Positions 12,986 to 25,321 of a stretch of 64,000 nt of DNA are shown in pieces. The notes under the pieces were generated by a model. It did not search any database, had not been told where the DNA came from, and saw only the letters and a program-made list of their open reading frames with translations. The stretch is from NCBI RefSeq assembly GCF_018350175.1, contig NC_058368.1, positions 226,984,001-227,048,000 of the forward strand. The letters are read 5' to 3'. Within the stretch, counting starts at the first letter, position 1. Each line of letters starts with the position of its first letter. The translations under genes and the position numbers were made by a program. The DNA is from Felis catus (lineage: Eukaryota).

Positions 12986-13810
12986 TTCTAAAAAAAATGG
13001 GCGACGCAGGTACACCCCAGCCATCTTCCCAGTGGAACTCAGTCTACAGATGACCACACTTTTGCCATGGGCAGCATCCTGGAAACTCTACTGGAGATGA
13101 GACAAGTCCTCTTCCTACCCTCCCTGTCTGGCCAGCTACTTCCCAAAGCCCAACTGTCTCAGTGATGGCCATGACCACAGTGGTCAAGCGGGTGAGGCTC
13201 CAGCATCAGATCCACTATGCCGCACCCTACCCTTGTTCCCCTGCTTGACCAAAGGCAGCAAAGCAGCAGTTAGCTTACATTTTTGTAGGAAACACCTGAG
13301 GACCCAGCATACGATGCCCTTGGAACCCATTTTACTTTTCAATTTCCTGTTGGTATTATTTCCCATTCAGACATCTGCAGCCGCCCTAGAAACTCATGAA
13401 TTTATGATGCCATTAGTGTTTCGAAAGGCAAGGGCATCTCTTCCCAGATGTCATTTTGGATAAAGATTTTTCTTTTTCCGTACCAGTGCAAATAAACCAA
13501 GCCACGGATCTAATTTGAATGAAGACACAGACTTCACTTTCTGTCACACGCCAGCTGTTGTGAATAAATATTATGACAGCCTGGACGCACGACGCGTCTT
13601 GATGCTGCTAGGGACAAGGCAGGCTTCCACCCAAGGAGGCAGCACGGACCACACTGCTGGCCAACTGTTTCGCTCTTCTCCCCAGACCTCTGTCAAACCA
13701 TTTAGAAAAGACACCACCGTTCAATTTGCAATCTATCACAGGACCTTAGAATCAACAAGGAGGCTGGAAACACCCATGATTATGTATAATCATTTCATTC
13801 ATAATATTAG

Positions 13811-14035
13811 TTTTTTTTAATTAATTTTTTATGTTTTATTTATTTTTGAGAGAGAGAGAGAGACAGAGCATGAGCAGAGGAGGGGCAGAGAGAGAGGGAG
13901 ACACAGAATCGGAAGCAGGCTCCAGGCTCTGAGCGCTCAGTGCGGAGCCCAGCGCGGGGCTCGAACTCACAGACCGTGAGATCATGACCTGAGCTGAAGT
14001 CGGACGCTCAACTGACTGAGCCACCCAGGCGCCCC
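13811..14035 (-). mobile_element. Can-SINE
   Basis: Full antisense SINE; degenerate TSD tataatcatttcattc / tctaatcacttcattc. Confidence 0.95.
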
Positions 14036-14321
14036 TCTAATCACTTCATTCAAAACCCTGCGAGGTACAAAAGCATGTGCTGCACACCCTGGGGGGTTCC
14101 ATTTTACCTAGGAAGCCTGAATGTGTTATGCTGGCCCCCGAAATCATGGACGGGGTGGCTTGGTCATAAGGATTCAGGTGAGAAGTAGAAAAACCATGGC
14201 ATAAAGAAGTAAGTTGTCAGAATAGAATTAAGAGATCACAGGGGCAGGCATTTTCCTTCAGAACTTCAATCACGACCCCTTATGTTACAAAATGTAGCTC
14301 AAAGTCCATTTCTACTCTTTA

Positions 14322-14544
14322 TTTTTTCTAATTTTTTTCATGTCTTATTTATGTTTGAGAGAGAAAGAGACAGAGTATGAGTGGGGGAAGGGCAGAGAGG
14401 GAGGGAGACGCAGAATCCACAAAGCAGGCCCCAGGCTCTGAGCTGTCGACACAGAGCCCAACGCGGGGCTCAAACTCGTGAACCGGGAGATAGTGACTTG
14501 AGCCGAAGTCAGAAGCTTAAGCGACTGAGCCATCCAGGTGCCCC
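14322..14544 (-). mobile_element. Can-SINE
   Basis: Full antisense SINE; TSD atttctactcttta. Confidence 0.95.
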
Positions 14545-15023
14545 GATTTCTACTCTTTAAAAAGAGCTGTTCCATCCTGTGACATAAATGTGAGCCACTG
14601 TGTTCCTACTCAGCACCTAGGAAGACAATCCTGCCCAGCCCAGACTGGACCTCAGCATCCTTCTCCACACCATGCTCCTGGAAGCTACTACTTTGATTCA
14701 GAGCTAGCAAGGAAGAGAGAACTTAGCTTGTCTTCTCTGCCTTAGGATTTTGTAACTGAGAGGAAACTGAAAGTGAGAAAAGGTCAAAGCAAGAAGCCTT
14801 TTCCCCATCACCATTTATCAAAGTCCTGATGGTCCAAAGACCATCTCAATATTTATCCCTTCTCTTAACTTTTCCTTGAGGCTCTTAACTTAAGAAATAG
14901 TCCCAGAATCTGTAATGTTCTATAATGTTTGGCTCATTCCATTCAACAGCACATATACAACATACTGATTTGTAGAGTAATTATGTGAGCATTTCTATTA
15001 TCTTTACTTATTTTATTCATTCA

Positions 15024-15026
<3 letters not shown>

Positions 15027-15071
<45 letters not shown>
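15027..15071. repeat. Poly(T)45 inside an antisense L2 3' end
   Basis: 45 consecutive T between ttattcattcagcc and ggagcgtttactatgtgtcaggc. Confidence 0.9.
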
Positions 15072-15072
<1 letters not shown>

Positions 15073-16315
15073 GAGCGTTTACTATGTGTCAGGCTCTGGG
15101 CACAAAAATGCAATGACAAAATTCCTGTCTTCAAGTTGCTCACAGACATATTTAAAAAGCGGCTGAAATACAATTTCTTTTTAAAATAATCTGTAGCTTA
15201 TACTATCATAGATATATATAATAACAGATAGACGATAGAAATTTAAAGTCAAGACTAGAGAAATATATATTTGAATATGGGGCAATTGAGACCCGTGGGA
15301 CGGGGAAGAAGGAAAAGAAAACAAAATATATAACTCCACATTAGAAGCACCCAGGTTAGGATCAGAGTGAAAACACATTTGAACAAGGTAATGTGTGAAA
15401 ACTATATTCTGAGGGCAATGAGGCACCATAGACGTTTTGATGTATAGAATTATCAGGATCGCTTCTTGTTTCCCGGACAATTTTTGAAGCATATTATAAA
15501 TTCTGACTTACCCAGTCTCCATCTATCTGCCACAATGACTTGCACATAGTAGGTGTTCAATACACATATCATGAATTCATCTGAATGTTAAGTGAATCTG
15601 AAGGCTGTGTGAGTGTTAATAAAAAGTAACAATGTCGTTTCTGGAAACCGAAAGTCCACTCCATACTTTTGTCTCTGGTCAATCCTTTGGGGGAACTCCG
15701 TGCACTAAAGAGGTAGATAAATATAAATCAGTTATTAAAGACTTCTCACACTGGCAGATTGGAGTCCTTAGACGATGCTACGCATTTGATGTTTTGTCTT
15801 ATCAGACTCCACGTCCTCAAGAAGAGTCACCTCTACTCGTTATGTCATCTTGGAGTAAAGATGATCGTCTTGTAGATCCCATGGATACAAATTTACTTCT
15901 TAAAGATAAATTGCATCAAACCTCAAGGAAAAGTAAGTACATCTCTTCCCAGAGGTTATGAAGTCATAAAGTCATAAAATGCCAATATTAGAATGTCAAA
16001 GAAAAAAGAATCTGTTGAGTAAAATTCATTAGAATCATTAAAAGCCATCTTCTCGTGTGTCCACTCTTTGGAATAACTATCCATGTAAGGCCTCAAGGTA
16101 AAGAACCATAAAACTCTTGAAAGATCCCCGTTGAGGTATTAAGGTGGAGAAATTTAAGATCTTATGCAAGATGACAGTAGGAGGATCAAGTCATGAATGC
16201 ACTCAAAGGATTTATCAATATGTTTTTGAATCCCTAAAATTAAATACAAGCACCACAATAAGAGATTATTCGTGGTGTTTTATCAACATCAACCTAATAA
16301 TAAGACCTGATTTCT

Positions 16316-16543
16316 TTTTTTTTTTTTTATTTTTTTTTTCCAACGTTTATTTATTTTTGGGACAGAGAGAGACAGAGCATGAACGGGGGAGGGGCAGAGA
16401 GAGAGGGAGACACAGAATCGGAAACAGGCTCCAGGCTCTGAGCCATCAGCCCAGGGCCCGACGCGGGGCTCGAACTCACGGACCGCGAGATCGTGACCTG
16501 GCTGAAGTCGGACGCTTAACCGACTGCGCCACCCAGGCGCCCC
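16316..16543 (-). mobile_element. Can-SINE, young SINEC_Fc type
   Basis: CpG-rich near-consensus copy; imperfect TSD aagacctgatttct / aagaactgacttct. Confidence 0.97.
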
Positions 16544-17296
16544 AAGAACTGACTTCTATTTAACATTCTCTGCTCTTTATACATTCTTTCTCCTATGCTT
16601 TCATTTTTTTTTTTTTTTTTTTTTTTTTTTAGCTAGCAAATTTGTCTGGCTTTATTGCAATCCCATGAATGTGAAAGCATTATTTTTTTCATTCGTTTGC
16701 TCATGCAATGATCAAGCCTTTCTCATGCTGTGGCACTGCACTCCCGGCACAGTTTTGTATACCCCGTTAGAATCCCGGAGGGAACTTAGACACCTGAATA
16801 GAAAGATGACTGAATGACAGAAGCTAGCTTGTTGAGTACGCTTTTTGGAAGTTCCCCGATATGTGTAGTTTTAACTCCTAGAATGGCTACATCCATAGCC
16901 CAGAACATAAAATAGATGTCCTCTTCTACTGGCTTCACCTCCTGCCTCCCAGGAGCACCGCGCTGAGCCCTTATCCTAGAATAGCTCTGTTCCAGAACAA
17001 CGCCTGGGCAACATCCCTCTGCTTCCTCCTCCTGAGAGTGCAACTCTAAGGCCACAGCTCCCTGTCCTTCAGCTGTCTTCAGCACATTCATCATGTCGTA
17101 TCAATCGTATCATATCATGGTAAAACCTCAACTCTCGTTCTAACTTGAGATTTGCCCACCTTGCCTATTCCCAGCACTGCCTTCTATTTTTACGCAGTTA
17201 CACCCCATGGAAGTAAATAGTAACTTAACATTCAGAACAAATAAGCTCATAGTTGAAGAAAATTAGGAGTTTTCCATCGTAAATATGAGAAGGTTA

Positions 17297-17461
17297 GGGG
17301 CGCCTGGGTGGCTCAGTCGGTTGTGCGTCCGACTTCGGCTCAGGTCATGATCTCGCAGTCTGTGAGTTCGAGCCCCGCGTCGGGCCCTGTGCTGACAGCC
17401 TGGAGCCTGCTTCGGATTCTGTGCCTCCCTCTCTCTCTCTCTGCCTCTCCCCCACTTGTGC
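17297..17461 (+). mobile_element. Can-SINE lacking its 3' tail
   Basis: Intact head and first (CT)n; ends at cccacttgtgc with no second (CT)n, poly(A) or TSD. Confidence 0.9.
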
Positions 17462-18319
17462 ATTTAATTCTCTGGCTCCTCCCCCCTAAGCAGTGGCCTG
17501 TCAAGAGTGTGTTCTCCCACCTAAAGCCACAACTCCTGCCTGGCTGAGCCTCCTACAGTCAAAGCTCTGGCCAAGCTCTTCGCCTGGCCTCTTCCACCTG
17601 GGGAGGTACACCTCTCTGAATCAATTGCTCAACCGAGGGTGTCCCCTCCCTCCTTATCCATTTGACAGCACTCTTCCCACATCCTGCAAATACCCCCCTT
17701 CGTCAATCTCTCCTCCGTCATCCCTTTTGAGTGCTCCATCAATTTCCTGGCAGGACACGGAGACAACTGACATTCGGGGAAAGTGCTTCCAAACTCCAGC
17801 GCGTTTGTGGATTTTTGTTCAGTCGAAGCTCTGCTCAACAGGGAAGCACACAACTGCCTTGAGAACAGAAGTTTAGTCGGGAAGCACGAAGCCTGCCGCC
17901 CTCCCTCCGGACCCAAACCTTACTGGTTCAGTTATATAATCTCAGAAATGATTTGTCTTAATTGTGGTACGTGAAAGCGTGTTTTGTTTCAGTGTTTGAA
18001 CTTTGAACAAACCAAGGGTACGCTCTCATCTCTCTGCTTCTGATGTAACTTTAATTAGATTCTAGAATGGATGTGCAAGCAGAACCATGACTTAAGAAGA
18101 TCTTAACTGTTCTCTGCTACCGAATTTGCTAGAATTGGAGATGTAGTTGCATTGCCCACACTACCCCTCCTACCTTTCATTTATACTTTTCTTCTAGTTT
18201 ATAATCAGATTGGGACTATATTATGACAACAAATGTGTTCTTCTAGTGCCCTGTTTTCTCACTCAAGGTCACACTGATCATTCAGATTGTAATGTGAATC
18301 TCCTCGTGCACAAGATAGG

Positions 18320-18560
18320 CCTTTGGTTCATTTTTTCAAACCTTTTGACGGTGACCCATATCACGACCTAGACACAGAAATACATACACAAAGGCAGATG
18401 CGTGATTTACTTTACGGAAGTTTCATTAGACACCCATTTTACCGTGTGTAATAAATCCTAATTTCTCCTATGCTATTCTGTTTAGAAAGAATATGCTAAT
18501 GATTGCCCATGAAAATGACTGTATGACTCCCTAGTCACTGTAACATTTAGTTTGAAATGT
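18320..18560. mobile_element. hAT-Charlie-like MITE remnant
   Basis: tttttcaaaccttttgacggtgaccca ... tgtatgactccctagtcactgtaacatttagtttgaaa; inverted ttcaaac/gtttgaa ends. Confidence 0.5.
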
Positions 18561-18664
18561 TTTAAGTCAATCGAGAGGGAACAGGACAATGAAACAGACA
18601 TCAAGTGAATGTCAATTTAAGTCAATTGAGAGGGAACAGGACGATGAAACAGACATCAAGTGAA
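18561..18664 (+). repeat. Tandem duplication, 2 x 49 bp (period 55)
   Basis: tttaagtcaatYgagagggaacaggacRatgaaacagacatcaagtgaa at 18561 and 18616, two mismatches. Confidence 0.95.
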
Positions 18665-19319
18665 GGCAAGTGAAGAAGGCACAAACTTGAGTTAGCCAAG
18701 TGGCAATTAAATAAAGCAAAAGTTTAACTAAATCTTTGAAAACGTATTTAAATTCTTATTTAAATTATTGATATTTTAAATAGTCACATGTAAATATTAA
18801 TATTTCATACTTGAAATAAATGGATACCAATTTAATAATTGAAATCAAATTTTAAGTGAAATGTATTTAGAGCAAACCAGTGTTTACTATGGTAATATCT
18901 AATCATAAATAGTGCCTCGGGCACTAGAGTAACGGTCTCTTCTTTCAACAAAATAATTGTTACTTTATTATTTTCATTGCAACCTACCTAGCGAAACACA
19001 TTTTAATACAGAAGCTCTAAGCTTGCGCGTTGACTATTTGGGCTCTTTAAAAAAAATGACAGTGCCCTTAGCTACGCTCCTAAGGATCTATATGAAGTGG
19101 AGATTTTCCAGTTATGGAAATGGCTTTCTCTGGTCAGTTACTGTATTATTTGTGACAAGCCCTGGTTCTCTACCTGTGGCAAGAAAGAACAAGGCATAGT
19201 CTCCAAGGGTCTCAAATCTCTCACTTCTAGTAATAAGGCGTTCTCAGGAGATACACAAACGAATAAAACCCTTAGTGAAAATTACATTGATTTTTATGGA
19301 TTGTAAGTATACAAAATAG

Positions 19320-19550
19320 CGCGATGGCCATTGGGACTTCTCACCATTAGTCTGGCTCTCTCCTTCTGGGCACGTGTAGAACTGCATCAACTCCACATGA
19401 AGTATGGCCTTGCAACTTGAATCTGAGCAGAAGACACTGTCAGTGTGGGGGCAGAGCCCTCAGACATCTCTCAGTGAAAATCAACCTTTGTTCTTTTAAG
19501 CCACTGAGATGCAGGGATTGCTTTTTGGTCTCAGCATAACCTTATTCCCG
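19320..19550 (+). mobile_element. Old MLT1 LTR fragment
   Basis: aacctttgttcttttaagccactgagatgcagggattg...cagcataacct MLT1 3' motif. Confidence 0.65.
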
Positions 19551-21979
19551 TACTTACCTCCGGAAGTGATATAGAAACATCGTGTGTGAAGACAGCTGTC
19601 TCTGAGCTTCTTTCCTCTTCTGAAGGGTTCGAAGCCATAAAAAATTAATAAAGGAGTTTTTAAACAAAGCGATTTCACTCAGCCCATCACAGATAGACCC
19701 AAACAGACAAATAGATGAAAAGAATTTCCAACGCCAAAGAAAATATTTATCCGATCACTTTACTTAGGTTTCATAAAGCGAGACTTTCTACTTTTAAGCC
19801 CTCCAGCTGATCACCTTTTAGTTGTCTCTATGGAAGAAGAAAGACTGAGCGCTTTGATTCACATGGAAATGTTTCTGGGCCTTGTCTACTGAACAGCCGG
19901 GAGTCACCAGGCAGAGCTCACAAGTTACTCTTCTGCTCAGAAAAGCCGAGATTCCTTTGTTTGCACGGCATCCCACCAGATTAAATATGGGCCACGTCAT
20001 ATCACATTCAAAGACTTTCTTTGAAATACATTCCTTAAATGTTTCCACACCAAACCAGATATCAACTTTCAAGCAGAGTTTACAGAGCCAAAACAATTGC
20101 AAAGTACCACCACACTAAAAGTTTCATTTAAATAAATGATCTCATCTCAAACTAGAAAATGTAATTAGAATTTTCCCTTTCCTAGCAGTGAAGAAACCAC
20201 CTTCCAGATTCCAAAGAATGTAAAACCTCCAAAGGCTATATATATAAGAAGAAGAGGTATTGACTCTCTATGCTGGATATTTCTTCAATTCAAAGATATA
20301 CTGAAAATGGCTAAAAAAAAAATATGATCAATTGCTCAGATCACTTACCGAAATTTGTCTCAGTATCTTGCACATGTATTATTGCGGAGATGTCTGTCAT
20401 AAGCACTCCTAATGGAAGACTTAGGTGATGTTTGAGCTCTCGGGACACAAGACTTTATGAAGGTTCCCTTTTCAAAAGAAAACAGTAGAGATGGCTTGGC
20501 AACTCGCAAAATTGCCTAAGCTAAATTGTCGGGACATATCACCGACAATAAATTTATTCACTAGGGGTCATAATTGTGTTAAGCTTGTAGCATCCAAGAC
20601 TAAGCTCTTTTCATCTCGGAGATAAAAGGCCATGAGTGATGTATGTTGATGTCTTTATAAAAAGGAAGCATATTATCTTGATTACATAATGTGCCATCTG
20701 CCCTTGGTCTCTGTACAACCTCTGTGGGAACATTTCAAGCTGCCTACATGCCTCGTTTGTAATTACAAGGAGCTCCTTCCAAATTGGAAAACCTGGTTGA
20801 CTCTGAGGGTATAGAAAAGCATCTCAAGTGCCTTTCCGAAGGTTTTGGCTCCCGCAAAACCCCAAGTGCAATTGGCCAACCACTTTCGCCCTTAACTTCC
20901 AAGCTCATGTGTATTTTAAGGGAAATTCAATCCTTATGTTTCTGAATCATGGACACTGAACCCATTAAGATTTTTGTTTGGTAAGAGCTTTCTGAATCCC
21001 AAGATGACTTATGAGACTTTTTATAGCCTGTTTACTTTGAAGCAAAGAAGTCACGTTTGGCTGAAAGTAAACAAGATTTAAAAGTAAGAAACTTTGAGGC
21101 TTAGATAAAACAAGAGTTCAAGAAAGTTTATTCACATCCAACCTGTACAAAACTCATTAGTTGATTCTTTCAATTTATTCTACCCGAAGCAGAAATAATG
21201 GCACCTTGGGCCCATAAATTGTTGTATTCATAAACATAGTCTACAGTATTTCAGAACAGCATGGCTCTTTCACTTGAGGCAATAGTTAGTCATTCAATAG
21301 AACTGCATTTTTATTCCTTTTTTAGTGGAAACATTTTCAAAAGTGAGTGTTGCTGATTTTGAGCTCTCTTTGTGTGATTTGATTTCAGTTTGTGTGTGGG
21401 TAAACTCCTAAGTGCTCTTGGAAAAATCTTCATTAATTCACATGCTGTTAATTTGGAATTAGGATGCGGAGTGAAATTTACCTGTAATTCAACTACACAA
21501 AAGGGTTTGGAAACAAATTTTCGCGACAACAAGAGTTGGATACAATCTTACCTCACCTATTCATGATTAGACTTCTTTAAAGGATTTAACGAGCCTTCCT
21601 TTTCACATAAACAATGTGTATTTATCATAAATAACCTCTTTATTGAAGGAAGTTACTAAAATACTTTATTTGTCAAAATTTTTTATATCTACATCTATTA
21701 GTTGTGTGTACTTGGTACTAACAAAATAGAACTTATTTAATTAATCTATCATTTGGGTTGGCCATTCCTCTCTTATTTGTCTGAATTAGTGATGTGTGTT
21801 TCCTGCCATCAAATTTTTTAATTCGAACAGATTATCAGAGTTAAGGCCACACCACTTTGTGACTCAGCTACATTCGTTCCAACATATCCTGGTTCAGAAT
21901 CCCTTTAACAGACATCCTAGAAACCATGTTACCACCTTGAAGATATCAATCGCGCACACCTATTAATTTAGAAGTCTTG

Positions 21980-22520
21980 AAATAAATTAGTCAGTGTTAT
22001 GTGCAAGTCACAATGCTAGCTACTAAGGAATTATCAACATCAACAAGAGACTGCAATTTTGTTATAGAAGAAACTGGTTTTAAAAAAATATGCAATTAAT
22101 CCAAACACAGGCTGCATGGTAAAGGCTTTAAAAAGGCACTAAGTGTGCTAAGACAATGGAGAAAGCTGAGGATGTGAATTGGCCCTGAAGAATGAATGTA
22201 CCTGTGGCCGGTGGAAGGGAGGGGATGCCATTAGCCATTCCCAGCAAAGGAAGGAAGCATTGTAGACAAAGTAAACAAAATCAGGGGAGGCGGGGAAGCC
22301 AAGCAGGCTTGGGGCATCCCAAGCAAGCAATTTGACATGACTAAAGCACAGGTGGTGGGAAAAGATTCACCTAAAGCTAAGCTAGAATTGGATTAAATAA
22401 ATGGTGGGATATTGTAGGAAAATTAGTGATGAATAAGAGGTAGGAGAATATAGATTACCCAATATCCTATTGTGAAAGGACAAGAGCAAAGGATGGAATG
22501 TTAACAAGAGAGTTTTAACC
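21980..22520 (-). mobile_element. L2 fragment
   Basis: ttatgtgcaagtcacaatgctag...cattcccagcaaaggaaggaagcattgtagacaaag antisense L2 motifs. Confidence 0.55.
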
Positions 22521-23089
22521 ATAAATTTAACAAGAGAGATAACCTACTGGATAGGATACAGTAAGGAGATTATTTTTCTTCCTCCAGTCAAGTGGGTTTA
22601 AGAGAGAAACCAAGAAAGGGAGCCACAGGGATGGGGTGGGGTGTTAGGGAGGAAGAAAAAGAATATTCTCTTATGAAGAATTCTAACCGTGTATACAACA
22701 TAAATAAATAAATACAAATACAAGTACAATTATCTATTCTTACTGAAATATCTTTTAAGTGGCCATTGACAGAATAAAATATCAAATTAATGTGTCATTG
22801 ATCTCAACAAAAGGGATAAAATAGATTCTTTTGTCAATTTTAAATCTCTGGTAGAAGATAAGCTTTAATAATTTCAAGGCTCAGTTCCTCTGTGGATTTC
22901 AAGATAACATTCCTACTTTTAACATTTCAGATGAAACTTAACTGAAATATACACGGCGGAAGGGGAGTGTGTGGACTCCGTGATGGATGCTCTGTCCTAT
23001 TTTTATCTATTAAAATAAAAGAGCCTTACCCTCATCTAACTTATTATCCTTGACAAAAGATGAGATCACACTGATAACTGGAAGAATTT

Positions 23090-24190
23090 ATAAACTTTCA
23101 ACATTCCACACAAAAAGCCTATGCTTGGCATTTTCATTCTTTGTTTACTGTGGCTGCTCTGGAAGGTGTGCTTAGCATCTCGTTGTGATTTCACTTTGCA
23201 TCTCCACACTGACTAACTTCACTGAGGTCGAGTGCCTTTCCACTGGCCATTCAGATGTCCCCTTTGGTGATGTCTCTTACCCAGTTTTCCACTGATTCTT
23301 TTTCTTTATTATTTGTTGCATTCTTTGTATATCTTGAACATATGTATTGCAAATACCTTTTCCCACTCTGGGTTGACTGTTCATCCTTTCTCCGTGATGA
23401 CCTTTGTAAGCAGAAGTTTTTGATTTTCATACAGTCCAATTTACTCGTTTTTATTTGGTGGTAGGTATTATAGGGAGTTTTTTTTTTTTAAAGAAATGTT
23501 TGCCAATGCCAAGGTTGTGAAAATGCACATCTATGCTTTTCCTTTAATGGCTTTATTGTTTTGTCTCGCTCGTAGATCTACAAGTCATCTGGAATTTACT
23601 TTTTTGTACAGTTGTGAATTTGAGGTCAAGGATACATTTGTTTTCCGTATCGATATCCAATTGACTCATCCTTCCCTGCTGCACTGCACTGTTTAATTTG
23701 CCATAAATCAGATGAAATGTTTCTGGACTCTCTTCTCTTCTGTTGGTTGGCTTGTCTCCTTGAATCCAGCACCAGAGCTTTCATTTCCATAGCTGTAGTT
23801 AAAGTACTCCGGTTTTGTTATTCTTTTTCAAGAGCACTCTGCATGTTCTTGGCCCTTTGCATTCCCAAATAAATTTTTATAATCAGCTTGTCAAGTCACA
23901 CACAGACACAAAAGTTCCTACTTGGATGTAGAATAGCAAGACATTAATTTAAGAATCAACTTGGAGATAGTTGGTGTCTTAATAATATTGAGCCTTCTGG
24001 TTCGTGCTTTTCTATCTATACAGGGTTCGTTCATTTCTCTGTGTTTGTTGCTGATGTACTAAAATATAAGAGGAGACTTGATTAATTCACTTGTGAATTC
24101 CAACAGCTTGTCTGTACATTCTTCAGGATTTTCTACATTCACAATCATGTCATCTGGGAATGACACCTTTGCCTCCTCCTTTCCAATTCT
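23090..24190 (-). mobile_element. Old L1M ORF2 fragment
   Basis: T-rich antisense L1 motifs; minus-strand peptide DCMKIKNFC...; cagaagtttttgattttcatacagtccaattta. Confidence 0.85.
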
Positions 24191-24674
24191 AGGATTAGAA
24201 TAAATAAGAAATAAAGGTAACAGAAAAAATTATATAAGGTAACAGAAAATTCCAACGTATTCAAAAGTAACATGTCTTTATGTTAATCTTAGTGTTAGCG
24301 TCCTAAAGTGACAAACAGCATATTACTTCCTGAAGCCAAAGTGGTTTTTTTGTTTTTGTTTTTGCTTTTGTTTTTTGGATAGCCGAGCATCACTTGTGTC
24401 TAATTCTGGAGTCCCCTTCCCATTATCAAAACCTCCTGCACGGTCACAGCATTGTCATGCTAAACTTTGGCTTAGAGATTCTTGCTCTCAGCACATTTGC
24501 TATGAATTAATACAAGTAATCAACAGACCAAAAAGTGAGTACAAGCAGAACGGGATTCCCTGCACAGTGAAGTTGGAGGAGCACTGGGGTGGAGGGGAGG
24601 GGAGGGGAGAACATCAGGTGTCTTTGAAGCCCACTTTCTCTGTACCTGCACCTTTTGTGGGCTCTTTTCTCCCT

Positions 24675-24705
<31 letters not shown>

Positions 24706-25321
24706 GGGGAGGTGATACGCTTCTCTACAGCGAACGTCAGTCCTAAGCAAGTATGGAACTGAGAAATGGACAGTTTGCACAAGGTAATATGTCTTTCTTA
24801 ATAAGTAGACAGTGTTAGTCTTTTGAAAAATACCTCTCCATGCATATGCAGTAGCTATTTCTATTTCATTTTGTGTTTTTATTTCCCTATAAGAGATGAA
24901 TCTGATCTACAGCAAAAGCCCAAGGGCACCGATGATTTGATTTCTGTGCATTTCTGTGGTAATAAAACAAGAATCAGAAGAAATAAAGAAAATTCTTTCT
25001 TTTGCTTCTCTTCTGTAGTACACACCAGCATCTCGGGAGGTGGCCTTTCAGAATGTAAGCAAACATTTGAGGCTTGTTTTCACTCAGCACCGCACTGGAT
25101 TTATGCCTGCGTCATGCATGAGAAAGTCCCACACTGACACCCTAGTACAGTTAGACCCGGTGGGTTGCAGGAACACAGAGACAGAGGCGTCAGGAGAAGG
25201 TGAGAGACACAGGCAGAGAGACAGAGTGGGGTTCGGGGAGGCTGACGTAGATGCTTCTTAGGTTGGGATTCCTGCAAAGCAGTCCTTGAGGAAAGGGTTT
25301 GTAAGCAGTTATTTGGGGAGA

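Noticed and set aside
16900..17720. Possible ERVL LTR remnants (aaggccacagctcc / aagccacaactcc motifs)
   Set aside because: Similarity too short to assign a family or boundaries without a Dfam search
18561..18664. Direct repeats as a CRISPR-like array (also 44719-44809)
   Set aside because: Only two units each, no unique spacers of CRISPR length, no cas genes, mammalian DNA
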